From Chiloscyllium plagiosum (Eukaryota), in NCBI RefSeq assembly GCF_004010195.1, contig NC_057759.1, forward strand, positions 343,518-407,517: 64,000 nucleotides of DNA, given 5' to 3'. This document shows, in pieces, positions 13,650-25,333 of this stretch. The position numbers and the translations under genes are program-made. The number at the start of each line of letters is the position of its first letter. The stretch's first letter is position 1. The notes below the pieces were generated by a model. It was not told the origin of the DNA. It saw only the letters and a list, made by a program, of their open reading frames with translations, and ran no database searches.

Positions 13650-14100
13650 CTCTGCCTCCCTCAGCAGGCCCACACACAGCCCGAGAAAGGCCTCTCTCTT
13701 CCCCCCAGCCCGCTCACTCCAAGTTCCGGGACCAGTTCCTGCTCCGCTCGGCCTCTTACAAACAGCCCCCGGTTCTCCCTGAACTCACCCCGAATCAATC
13801 CCGGTCTCGGAGCCCCCTCTGTGTCCCAGGCTCCCATCCCGATGTGCTGCTGGAAGGAGCCTGCTGTTCCCTCGCTTCCCTGGGCGCTGATCTCTCCATT
13901 GCGGTCTGTTTCAAACAAACCTCTTGCACTCACTGAGTCAATGCTCCTCAATGGCAGCGCTGGGGGTGGGCCTCACGCATGCGCTCCACTCGTCAGGACC
14001 AATCTGCATTGGGGGTGGGGCAGCATCGCGCATGTGCCGGTTTTCCCGATGACTCACAGAAACAAACATCAATTGGTCATTCTCTTCCTGGTGGTGGAAA
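13650..14100 (-). promoter_or_regulatory. CpG-rich promoter with a probable non-coding first exon on the minus strand
   Basis: NRF1-like ACGCATGCGC at 13975-13984 and CGCGCATGTGC at 14027-14037; CCAAT at 13999-14003; minus-strand donor GGG|GTGAGT at 13788-13783. Confidence 0.6.
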
Positions 14101-17100
14101 TTGAATAAAGATTCGTACACCTTGTGTCTCTCACTGTGTCTCATACCGACGCACACACACCATGGGTCCTGGGGAAAAAATAAGCACTACCGCGGTTAGG
14201 CGGTAGTGTGGGGGTTAATAGGAAAATAAAAAAAAATAAACTGGAAATTTCACACAGCATTGCCCCTGAGAAGGACAGTGCTTGTCACGGCCACTCGGGT
14301 GTTTTCAAAAAAAAAAATAACTCCTCCCTCCGGCTCTCTCACAATCTGATCAGGGAGCGGAGAAGCTGGCGGCCACTCGGCCCATCCTCTGTGCTCCCCC
14401 ATTCAATAACATCACGTCTGAACGAATGTTAACTGTGGTATTTAATCCTGCTGATCCCTCATCCAGAAATATTAACTTCTTGCCCAAAGTAACATACAGA
14501 GAGATGGAATAAGTGGAACATTCTTATGAAGGCAGAAAATAACTGATGGAGAGAGTCTTGCGTCACAGTGTCAGAGCTTATTTCTGGGTCAGGAGGCCCA
14601 TGCAAAAGTCAGACCAGGTGTGCAATAACATCTCTGGGACTCGATTTAGTTTGGAGTGGATGACAGATTTTAGTGTCAGGTATGCCGCAGAAAGAAAATT
14701 GTGATGCATTGTATGCCATAACGAGAGACCCCAGCTGTTTTTATTTATTCACTCCTGGAACGTGGATGTCGCTGGCTGAGCCTAGCATTTATTCTCCATC
14801 ACTTTGAGAAGGCGGTGGTGAGCCACCTTCTGGAACCGCTGTTGTGCATGTACTGCCCACAATGCCATGAACATGGAGTTCCAGGGTCTTGATCCGGTGA
14901 CAGTGAAAGAAAACGGTCTTATTTCCAAGTCAGGATCGTGAGTGTCTTTGGACGGGAGCTTGTCCAATGTCAAGGTGATGTTCCCCTACATCAGCTGCCT
15001 TCATCATTTTGGAAGGTCCTCCTTTTACAAATTACAAAACTCGAATCTCTTTGTCAGCAGCCTGGACAAACGTCTCTCCGGCTGAGGAGAAATCAGAATA
15101 GTGTGTTGCCTCCCTGGTGACAGGATCAAGGATATCTCGGAGAGAGTGCATGATATTCAGAAAAGCAAGAGGGACCAGCCAGTGTAAACATTGGAACTAA
15201 CTACATAGGAAGGGGAAAGGATGGGATTCTGAAGGAAGAATAAGGAAGAGAGGCGAGAATTTAGAAAGGCGGTCCTTTCTGATTGTAATATGTAGACTAC
15301 TCCCGCTGCTCCGAGCAAGTGAGGGTAGGAATAGGATGATAGAGTAAGGGGATGCCCAACTCAGGAGCTGGTGCATGGGAAAAGGGTTCACGTTTTTGGA
15401 TCATTGGAATCTCTTTGGAGGATTGCACCTGAATTGGAAGGGATCTAATATACTGGCAGGGACATTTCCTTGAGCTGCTGGCGAGAGATTAAACTAGTAA
15501 GGTGTGGGGGCAGGAACCAAGGATATAGTGAGGAAAGACAGCGATCTAAGACTGGTATCTTTGGCAAATCAAACAGTCAGGGCAGCCAGGAACATAGCAG
15601 AGAATGAGGTAGGATTCATAAATTAAACTGCATTTATTTCAATGCAAGAGGCCTAACAGGGAAGGAGGATGAACTCAGGACATGGTTAGGAAAATGGGAT
15701 TGGTGTTGGGATATCATAGCAATTACAGAGATTTGGTTCGGGGATGACACAACTGCAGCATAATGTTCCAGGAATCAAAGGATGGGGGGAGCGGGAGGGG
15801 GGGGCAGCCAGAGAAAATGGGGAGTGACGTGTTTGGTAAGAGATAACAACATTACAGCTGTATTTAAGGAGGATTTTCCTGGGATTACATCCATGGAAAT
15901 TATTTGGGTGGAACTGAGAAATAAGAAAGGGTTTGATCACCTTATTGGGATTGGACTGTAGACACCACAACAGTCATCAGGAAATTTAGAAACAAATTTG
16001 TAAGGAGATCTTCGATCTTCAGGAATACTGGTGTGGTTATGGTGAGGGATTTTACTATTCCAAACACAGATTGGGGCTGCCATATTGTTAATGATTTCGA
16101 CAGAGAGGAATTTCTTAAGTGTGTACAGAAAAAAATTCTGATTCAGTATGTGAATATATCTTCTAGACAAGGTCCAAAACTTGATCTACTCTTGGGATAT
16201 AATGATGTGTCAGTGGGGGAGCATTTTGGGGCCAGCGACCATAATTCAATTAGTTTTAAAACTGTTACGCAAAAGGATATAACAGATCTCAAAGTTAAAT
16301 TTCTAATTTGTACAAAGGCCAGTTTTGAGAGTATTATGCAAGAACTTTCAAAAGTTGACTGAGGGCAGATGTTCACATGCAAAGGGATGGATGGAACATG
16401 GGAAGCCTTCAAAAATGAGAAAAGGAGGGTCCAGAGACAGGATGTTTGTGTTAGAGTGAAAGGCATGATCGGTAGGTGTAGGAAATGCTGTATGAGAAAA
16501 CAAGTTGAAATTTTAGTCCGAATAAGAAGGAAACATGTGTTAGGTATATACAGCCGAGATTGAGTGAATCCTTCAAAGAGTATAAAGGCATTAGGGATAT
16601 ACTTAAAAAGGAAATCAGGAGGGCAAACAATGGACATAACATAGATTTGGCAAAAAGTGTTAATGAGAATTCAAATGTATTTTATAAGTACATAAAGGAC
16701 AAAAGGGTAACCAGGGAAAGATTAGGGCCCAGCAAAGATTAGCAAGGCAACCTATGTGTGGAACAACAGGAAATATGGGAGATACTAAGCGAGTGCTTAC
16801 CAAGGAGAAGGAAATGTAAGATATAGAATGTGGGGAAACAAATGGTGACATCTTGAAAAATGTCCATAATACAGAGGAGGTGCTGCTGGATGTTTTTAAA
16901 CAGAAACGGTGGTTAAAGTACGAGCACCTGATCAAGTGTACCTTGGAACACGGTGATAAGCTAGGGAAGTGATTGTTGGGCCTCTTGCTGAGATACCTGT
17001 ATTATCGATAGTCACAGGTGAAGTGCAAAAAGACTGGAGGTTGGCTAACGTAGTGCCACTATTTAAGAAAGGTGGTAAGGAAAAGCCAGGGAATTATTGA

Positions 17101-17495
17101 ACAGTGAGTGTAACATCAACAGTAGGCAAACAGTTGAGGGGATTCTGAGAGGCAGGATTTACATCTTTTTGAAAGGCCAGGATTGATTGGATTAGGCAAC
17201 GTGACTTTCTGCGTGGGAAGTCATGTATCACTAACTCGACTGGGTTTATTTGAATTGGTAAGGAAGAGGACTGATGAGTTGAAAAATGTGGTGCTGGAAA
17301 AAGCCCTTCCTGAAGAAGGGTTTATTCTCCTGCTCCTCGGTCTCCTGCTCCTCAGATGATGCCTGGCCTGCTGTGTTTTTCCAGCACCACATTTTTCAAC
17401 TCATCAGTCCTCTTCCTTACCAATTCAAATAAGTAAGGAAAAGCCAGGGAACTATTGAACAGTGAGTGTAACATCAACAGTAGTCAAACAGTTGA

Positions 17496-17630
17496 GTGAT
17501 GATTTGGAGATTCCGGTGTTGGACTGGGGTGTACAAAGTTAAAAATCACACAACACCAGGTTATAGTCCAACAGGTTTAATTGGAAGCACAATAGCTTTT
17601 GGAGCGATGCTCCTTCATCAGGTGATCAAA
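17496..17630 (-). mobile_element. Short repeat with a hammerhead-like terminus (GAAAGCTA-type family)
   Basis: Minus strand cac-CTGATGA-A-GGAGCATCGCTCC-AAAAGCTA at 17588-17624; related palindromic copy at 17957-18145. Confidence 0.6.
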
Positions 17631-17956
17631 AGGGGATTGTGAAAGGCAGGATTTACATCTTTTTGAAAGGCCAGGATTTTTTGGAGTAGTCAACATGGCT
17701 TTCTGTGTGGTAGATGTGATTTATATGGCATTCAGTAAGGGGTTTGATTGTGTTCCCCATAGGAAATTGGTTAGCAAGATTACATCATATGGAATACAGG
17801 GAGAACTCACCAATTGGAAACAGAATTTGTTTGAAAGTAGAAGACAGAGGGTGGTGGTGGAGGGATGCTTTTCAGACTGGAAGCCTGTGACAAGTGATGT
17901 GCTACAAGGATCACTGCTGGGTCCACTGCTTTTCATCATTTATATAAATGATTTTA

Positions 17957-18145
17957 GTTTAAAAAATGAAACAACACCAGGTTATATTCCAACAGTTTTA
18001 TTTGGAAGTATAAACTTTCAGAGTGCTGCTCCTCCATCAGGTATCTATGCTCTGAATGCTTGTACTTCCAAATAAACCTGTTGGACTATAACCTGGTGTT
18101 GTCATTTTTAACTTTGCACACCCCAGTCCAACACCAGCACCTCCA
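17957..18145. mobile_element. Palindromic copy of the same short repeat family, inserted in the CR1 RT
   Basis: Inverted arms acaacaccaggttata...tttggaagta / tacttccaaa...tataacctggtgttgt; CR1 atgattt present on both sides. Confidence 0.65.
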
Positions 18146-18165
18146 CATTATTATGAATGATTTGA

Positions 18166-18486
18166 TTAGATTAGATTAGATTAGATTACAGTGTGGAAAC
18201 AGGCCCTTCGGCCCAACAAGTCCACACCGACCCGCCGAAGCGAAACCCACCCATACCCCTACATTTACCCCTTACCTAACACTACGGGCAATTTAGCATG
18301 GCCAATTCACCTGACCCTGCACATCTTTGTGACTGTGGGAGGAAACCGGAGCACCCGGAGGAAACCCACGCAGACACGGGGAGCACGTGCAAACTCCACA
18401 CAGTTAGTCGCCTGAAGGGGGAATTGAACCCGGGTCTCTGGCGCTGTAAGGCAGCAGTGCTAACCACTGTGCCACCGTGCCGCCCA
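18166..18486 (-). mobile_element. Full-length HE1/V-SINE
   Basis: (ttaga)n tail, CR1-like 3' region, central V-domain-like segment, tRNA-like head ending at 18486. Confidence 0.9.
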
Positions 18487-20210
18487 CGATGGGCGGCACG
18501 GTTTGGATGTGAGGTTGCAGGTAAGTTGGTTAGTAAGTTTGCAGATTACACAGAAATTGGAGGTGTAGTGGACTGCAAAGAAGGCTACCTCAGATCTCGA
18601 TCAGATGGGCCACTGGACCCAGGAGTGGCATACTGAGTTCAATTTAAATCAATATGATATGCTGCAATTTGGAAAGGAAAATCAGGGCAGGACCTACACA
18701 CTTTATATTAAGGTCCTGTGGAATGTTGCTGAACAAAGAGACCTTGGAATGCAGAGTCATTGTTCCTTGAAAGTGGAGTTATAGTTAGATAGGATAGCAA
18801 GAAGGCATTTGATATGTTTTCTTTTACTGGTCAGAACTTTGAGTATGTGACTTAAGAGAACATGTTGTGGGTGTACAGAATATTGGTTATGCCACTTTTG
18901 GTATATTATGCGCAATTCTGGTCTCTCTCCTATAAAAAGGATGTTGTGAAACTTGAAACGGCTATTTAAGATAGTTTTTGGTCCAAAGAAAAGGCCTACA
19001 ATTTGGGAAGAAATATAGCGGGACAGGAAGGCTGCAAACAGATCAAAATTCAGCAAATGACAGTGAAAAGGGATTTAACTAACAAAGAACAAATGAAGAA
19101 AAGAGTAATATTGCAGAAACCATAAAAAAACTGCTAAAACACCAATACATGTGTAAAGAGGGAAGTGAACTTAAATAGGTTGGTAAAGAGGACCACATGT
19201 CACTTACAACATTAAAATCGGAAACGAAAACATCTCAAAAATCACTAACATGCTGTTGTTCTCTGTTCACAAATATTAATAGAACTAACACAGTAGAAAT
19301 GTTGGGGAGTTTGTTGAGAGGGTAAAACTGAACCAAATCAGTATTATTTGGGAAATAATGTTGGGACAATGGATTGGATTGAAGGTTGTGAAACACCAGA
19401 CCTTGATCATCTGCGTCCCAGACTATTTAATGTAGTGGGCTGAGCAACAGTGGATGCTCCAAGATTCTATAGGTTCTGCAATAATTTACACAGATTAGGA
19501 GCTAGCTAGTGTAAGCAATCCAATGGAGAAGGGAGGTAGGTATAAAATTGGGAACTATAGACCAGTCAGCCTGCAGGGAAAATCAAAATGAAAGCTTCAA
19601 TTGCGAAGCATTTGACAAAACAGTATTCAGGATTTGCTAGACTCAGCGTGGACTTGAAGGGCCTGTTCCAGTGCATACTGTTCTGTCTTCTAAGCTTGGC
19701 AAACCGACTGGCCATCTTTGATGATGTAAACAGTAGAGCTGATGAGAGTGTAACAGTTACTGAGAAGAAACAAAACTGTAAGTAACTCCCAGGACAACGC
19801 AGGAAAAGTTGAAAGGTGATATTTCTGGCGTGTGACTGTGAATGTGAATATTGTGGCCAGAGAGACTGTAGGAAAAGGGCGGACGGTTCGTCTACCGTAA
19901 TTGTGTTTGTGTGTCCGCTAATATTATGATATTTCCAAGTTTCTCTTATTTAACTCAAAAATATTTTGAATTCAAATTATCGCCCTGCTCCCCTTCTAAA
20001 CCCTCAAGGTCGATTTGAAGGCAATATATTTATTAGTTTCAAGATTTCGGTCTAAAAGGTTCAGCTCAGAAAGCGCAATTAGCGCAGCAGCAAAATGCGT
20101 TTGAATTTTCTTCGGCCGTAAAGCTTCCCTTGTCAGGGTAAGGAGCGATCGAGCCTGGCTCTCCGGTGATGCGGAATTTCAGAGGAATCGGAGAGTTTAG
20201 GCCGTTAGAG

Positions 20211-20217
20211 AAACACA
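20211..20217 (+). promoter_or_regulatory. H1 box (AAACACA)
   Basis: Exact AAACACA about 145 bp upstream of the H1 ATG. Confidence 0.6.
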
Positions 20218-20358
20218 GAGAGGCAGCAGGAGCAGGCAGCAGATTGTCCCTGCGCCGTCGGCTCGCTGCCTTGAAGTTGCTCAGTGCCGCCCCCAGCAGC
20301 TTCATTGCTGACCCAGTTCAGACTGACCAAGAGAGAGATTCAGCGCAGAGTTCTCAAA

Positions 20359-21015
20359 ATGAGCGACAATGCAGCCGCCGAAACGGCTCCTCCAGCCGCC
20401 GCTCCCACCAAAGCCAAGGCTCCCAAGAAGAAGGTGGCAGCTCCCAGGAAAAGAACACCCGGTCCCGGGTTGGGAGAGCTGATTCTGAAGGTTGTCGGGG
20501 ATATCAAGGATCGCAGAGGGGCGTGTCTGTCCGCTATAAAGAAGGCGCTGGAGAGAAGCGGGATCGATGTGGGAAAGCGAAAGGCACAGATCAGGGTGAG
20601 TAACAAAAGGTGCCTGGCGAACGGCTCCCTTGTTCTGGTCAAGGGCCAGGGCGTCTCCGGCTCCTTCAAACTCCCGAAGAATCCAGTCAAGGCAAAAGCG
20701 GGAAAGAAGGCGGGAACATCAGCGGCCGTCAAGAAACCGGCCGTGAAGAAATCACCGTCCAAGAAGGCGACAGCCAAGAAATCCCAGGCCAAGAAAGCGA
20801 CAGCCAAGAAATCACCAGCCAAGAAAGCGAGCGGCAAGAAGCTGGCACCGCCAAAGAAAGCGGTGAGCAAAGCAGCGACAAAGAAACGGACTCTCGTGAA
20901 GAAGGTGAAAAAGTCCAAGGGCCCTAAAACCCCCAAACCCCTCAGCAAACCGGCTAAAAGCAAGGCCAAGCCCAAAGCAAAAGTGACCAAGACAGCAGCA
21001 AAGAAATCGGTGTAA
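20359..21015 (+). CDS. H1: Linker histone H1 (218 aa, intronless)
   Basis: MSDNAAAETAPP N-tail; winged-helix globular domain ending KGQGVSGSFKL; K/A/P-rich C-tail with SPxK motifs; the real ATG is at 20359 (ORF track starts at an upstream GTG). Confidence 0.95.
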   Translation: MSDNAAAETAPPAAAPTKAKAPKKKVAAPRKRTPGPGLGELILKVVGDIKDRRGACLSAIKKALERSGIDVGKRKAQIRVSNKRCLANGSLVLVKGQGVSGSFKLPKNPVKAKAGKKAGTSAAVKKPAVKKSPSKKATAKKSQAKKATAKKSPAKKASGKKLAPPKKAVSKAATKKRTLVKKVKKSKGPKTPKPLSKPAKSKAKPKAKVTKTAAKKSV

Positions 21016-21037
21016 TATATAAACATCTGAACCCAAA

Positions 21038-21076
21038 GGCTCTAATCAACCATCCACATCTCTCAGGAAAGAGCTG
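21038..21076 (+). terminator. Degenerate histone stem-loop followed by an intact histone downstream element
   Basis: ccaaa-GGCTCTAATCAACC-atcca versus consensus GGCTCTTTTCAGAGCC; HDE AAAGAGCTG at 21068-21076. Confidence 0.75.
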
Positions 21077-21849
21077 AGCCCGGATCCAGTGTTCCCTGTC
21101 CCGGCGCCGGGCGCACACCTACAGATATGAATTGATCTGAATAAATCAAATAAACACTTGCCATGGTTTACGAGAGCGGAGACCTATGAATGGGGAAGGT
21201 ATATTGATCTCCATCTGGTTATTTCACTTCGCTACTTATAACTCTACCGAGTCAACAATGTGACATATTGTAGTATTTGTATTTCATTGACCCATTCAGG
21301 GATGTTACTTTGTTTGGGACACTGCACATGTTTTCATGCCGTGTTCCTTGCATCTACCTGTTACAGACAGTTCAGGCAGCAATTCCACATTTTGTTCGGG
21401 CTAATTACAATCTGAGGGTAATTCTGTCCTTTTATCGGTGTACACTGCATTAGCTTTTAAGATGTTTAAATTGGCGGGGTTGTTTAGATTGATTCACGGC
21501 CGGCACAAGTTCGGTTGTTCAGTTTGTCTGGGCTGTTTTAAACCCCGCCTTTCCTCCTGCCTATTACAGTCAAATCAGACAATGATCCCGCCTCGTGTCC
21601 GCGCTGACAGCTAACTAGATTTTAAAGAAATACTATAAAGTATTAAATGTTATCTTAGTTGCAGACGGATGGTGTTTTGCGTTTTAATGGTTAATTTAAT
21701 CTCAGGGTTTGTCAGAGTGAGTTCGGCGGGCATTTTCAAACTAACCAACCGTCATTTCACGTTAGCAAACCAGCCTCCAACAAATCTTTTCCTGCCTTTA
21801 CTGTCCCTTCCGGAGCTGTTTCTCTGTTGGTTGAGGGACGGGGCTGCAT

Positions 21850-21890
21850 CCAATCCCAGCTCTAGGGCGGGCTCTCCGTTCCCTTAAATA
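21850..21890 (+). promoter_or_regulatory. H3 core promoter
   Basis: CCAAT 21850-21854, GGGCGG 21865-21870, TATA-like TTAAATA 21884-21890. Confidence 0.75.
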
Positions 21891-21918
21891 GGCAGCACCG
21901 CAGCAGCCTCAGCATTGA

Positions 21919-22371
<453 letters not shown>

Positions 22372-22425
22372 ACGGAGCATAGCCGGCCCTGCACATTCAC
22401 CCCGAGAGAGAGAGTAAAACACAAC

Positions 22426-22463
22426 GGCTCTTTTCAGAGCCACTAAACCATCCAGAGAGAGCG
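22426..22463 (+). terminator. Histone 3' stem-loop and purine-rich HDE
   Basis: Perfect GGCTCTTTTCAGAGCC at 22426-22441; AGAGAGAGCG at 22454-22463. Confidence 0.95.
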
Positions 22464-23597
22464 GGAAGCGATCGGGGACCTGAGAGCACGACATTAATTT
22501 GTTCTCCGCCCGAAGTAAATTCTGTTGTTATTAAATTTATTTTGAATCTAGCCGGGAGGGGAGTTATTTGTAAGACACGGCTTTCTGCGGCACTGATTAG
22601 TACATTGCCATGAATGTTATGCAATTATTACACTACATATTAGGTCGGGGAATGTTTATTCCGGATGAAATCCCCTCTGTCCTCATTGTCTCCCTTGGTG
22701 TTCCCACCAGCTGTAACTATATGGTCATTGCTGAGGAAGCTGGCGGGAAAACATGGCGCCAAATCATCAACCGTTTTCTTTCCAATTTGAAAATCCCGCC
22801 ACGACGTATATCAGAGAAGGCTGTTTTACAGGAAAAAAAATGTCTTCATACTTAGTCGTTAATTTGCTTTTCGATTATAAAAGTACAATTCAAACAACCT
22901 TTCTTTCGGGTAATGAGTCCAGAAGCTATTTAAAGGATTCGAGATCCTCTTCGGAGGGGAGGTTCAGACTCGATGGGCCGAATGCCCTCATTCAGCCCTG
23001 TCAGGATTTCATGAACGTTCTTTGCCATGAGCGCATTGATAACGAACACCGCTCTTAGATATTATTTTAATACCGTGCTCCCTTGTCGCAGAAGCTCCAC
23101 ATTAACTATTCCAGTCCGGCAACTTCTGGTTCTGGTTTGATTTCGTTCATTTTGAAAGCTTCGAGCCGACAGCAGAAAGCCTCATTTAAAACGTGCAATC
23201 ATCATTCCCACCCAACAGAACCCGCGCGGAGTTCTGGAAATTGAAAAATCAGTGTGTATCTACCCGTGGGTCTGTAAGAAAAGGGGCACTTTTTTTTCCC
23301 CAGTGGTGACATTCAGGGCACACATCCCAACCGGGGCTTGCACGTCCTGGAATAATCAAATATTAGAGAATAACTTGAGCAAATAATAGCAAACAGAAAA
23401 AAAATTCTCTGGTGTTTAATATGCTTGTAAGAGACAAGGAGAAGAGTGGGCACGTTCTCTTCTCTTGAAGCCAGAACCAAATCATCAACAACTTTCTCTC
23501 CCATTTGAAAGGCCCGCCGATTTGCGAGCAACAGAGTGTGTTTTGCATTGAAAAAGAGGACGTTGTTCAGAGGATGATTCATCAATACTTGTCAATT

Positions 23598-23920
23598 CGG
23601 GAGAGGCTGATTAGGCTGGGGCTTTTTTCCCTGAAGCATTGGAGGTTGAGGGGTGACCTTTATAGAGGTTTATAAAATCATGAGGGGCATGGATAGGATA
23701 AATAGACAAAGTCTTTTCCCTGTGGTCGGGGAGTCCAGAACGAGAGGGTATAGGTTTAGGATGAGAGGGGAAAAGATATAATAGAGACCTAAGTTTCAAT
23801 GTTTTCACGCAGAGGGTGGTACGTGTATGGAATAAGCTGTCAGAGGAAGTGGTGGAGGCTGGTATAATTGCAACATTTAAAAGCCATTTGGATGGGTATA
23901 TGAATAGGACGGGTTTGGAG
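23598..23920 (+). mobile_element. CR1 3' fragment running into a gap
   Basis: Closely matches 7170-7490. Confidence 0.85.
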
Positions 23921-24420
23921 NNNNNNNNNNNNNNNNNNNNNNNNNNNNNNNNNNNNNNNNNNNNNNNNNNNNNNNNNNNNNNNNNNNNNNNNNNNNNNNN
24001 NNNNNNNNNNNNNNNNNNNNNNNNNNNNNNNNNNNNNNNNNNNNNNNNNNNNNNNNNNNNNNNNNNNNNNNNNNNNNNNNNNNNNNNNNNNNNNNNNNNN
24101 NNNNNNNNNNNNNNNNNNNNNNNNNNNNNNNNNNNNNNNNNNNNNNNNNNNNNNNNNNNNNNNNNNNNNNNNNNNNNNNNNNNNNNNNNNNNNNNNNNNN
24201 NNNNNNNNNNNNNNNNNNNNNNNNNNNNNNNNNNNNNNNNNNNNNNNNNNNNNNNNNNNNNNNNNNNNNNNNNNNNNNNNNNNNNNNNNNNNNNNNNNNN
24301 NNNNNNNNNNNNNNNNNNNNNNNNNNNNNNNNNNNNNNNNNNNNNNNNNNNNNNNNNNNNNNNNNNNNNNNNNNNNNNNNNNNNNNNNNNNNNNNNNNNN
24401 NNNNNNNNNNNNNNNNNNNN
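23921..24420. other. Assembly gap (500 N); other gaps at 41383-41407, 45007-45291 and 46915-47414
   Basis: Runs of N. Confidence 1.
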
Positions 24421-24562
24421 ATTCTCACTCTCAGCTATGTGCTGATGAAAACATCTTATTCACACTCACATTCTGGTTGAGGGCCTGAGTAATGCAAAAG
24501 CATTTCCATGGATAAACAAAATATGGAATACGGATTTATGAAATGTTAAATCCAATAGCAAG

Positions 24563-25333
24563 GTTTGAGAAGATTTGAAGCTCAAGTTGAGGTTCTGGGT
24601 GTAAGTTTGCTTGCTGAAAGGTACATTTCCAGGTGTTTCATCAGCCTACTAGGTAACATCTTCAGTGGGCCTCCAGGAGAAGCACTGCTCCTGATTCCTG
24701 CTTTCTATTTATATGTTTGGGTTTCTTTGGGCTGGTGTTGTCATTTCCTGCGGTGATGTCATTTCCTGTTCTTTTTCTCAGGAGGTGGTAGGTGGGGTCA
24801 AACTCAATGTGTTTGTTGATAGAGTTTCGATTGGAATGCCATGCTTCTTGGAGTTTTCTTGCGTGTCTCTTTTTGGCTTGTCCAAGGATGGATGTTTTCT
24901 CCCTATCGAAGTGGTGTCCTTCCTTATCTGTATGTACGGATACGAGTGAGAGAGGGTAATGTCGTTATGTGGCTAATTGATGTTCATGTATCCTAGTTTT
25001 TTGCCTGTTTGCCCAGTCCTTGCATGGTATTTTGTAAATGACATTCGTTTTGCTTGTTGTGTGTATAGGGTCTTTCAAGTTCATTAGCTGCTGTTTTAGT
25101 GTGTTGGTGAGTTTATGGGCAGGGGTCTGAGTAATCTGGCAGTTATTTCTGAGATGTATTTGATGTAGGGGAGAGTGGCTAGGGTTTCTGGACGTGTTTT
25201 GTCTTCTTGTTTGGGTTTGTTGCTGAGAAACCGGCAGTGCTTCACCTGGAGGCCCACTGAAAATGTTACCTGGTAGAGCAACGAAACGTCTGGAAATGAA
25301 CCTTCCAGCTCAGCGAGCAAATCTACATCCATG
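24563..25333 (-). mobile_element. Penelope-like element 3' fragment (second subfamily) with an inverted terminal repeat
   Basis: LATLPYIKYISEITARLLRPL in ORF 25096-25332; homologous to 48613-49280; 25232-25333 is an inverted copy of 24590-24690. Confidence 0.85.

Larger units (their letters stand above)
15060..18965 (+). mobile_element. Long decayed CR1 (ORF1 esterase end, ORF2 endonuclease and RT) with nested insertions
   Basis: LNCIYFNARGL (APE start, ~15625); LDLLLG..SDHNSISF in ORF 16033-16362; VDVIYMAFSKGFDCVPH and QGSLLGPLLFIIYIND in ORF 17695-18075. Confidence 0.9.

Noticed and set aside
18415..18486. tRNA-like sequences with A and B boxes
   Set aside because: They are SINE heads attached to HE1 bodies, not tRNA genes
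20284..20358. N-terminal extensions of H1 and H3 in the ORF track
   Set aside because: They start at non-ATG codons within promoter or 5' UTR sequence; canonical ATGs are at 20359 and 21961
20340..21026. 228-aa antisense ORF over H1 (and the 210-aa antisense ORF 21862-22494 over H3)
   Set aside because: Shadow ORFs expected from the GC-rich, biased codon usage of histone genes; no independent signals
23816..24445. Long ORFs full of X (also around 44927-45421 and 46722-47653)
   Set aside because: Artefacts of N gaps
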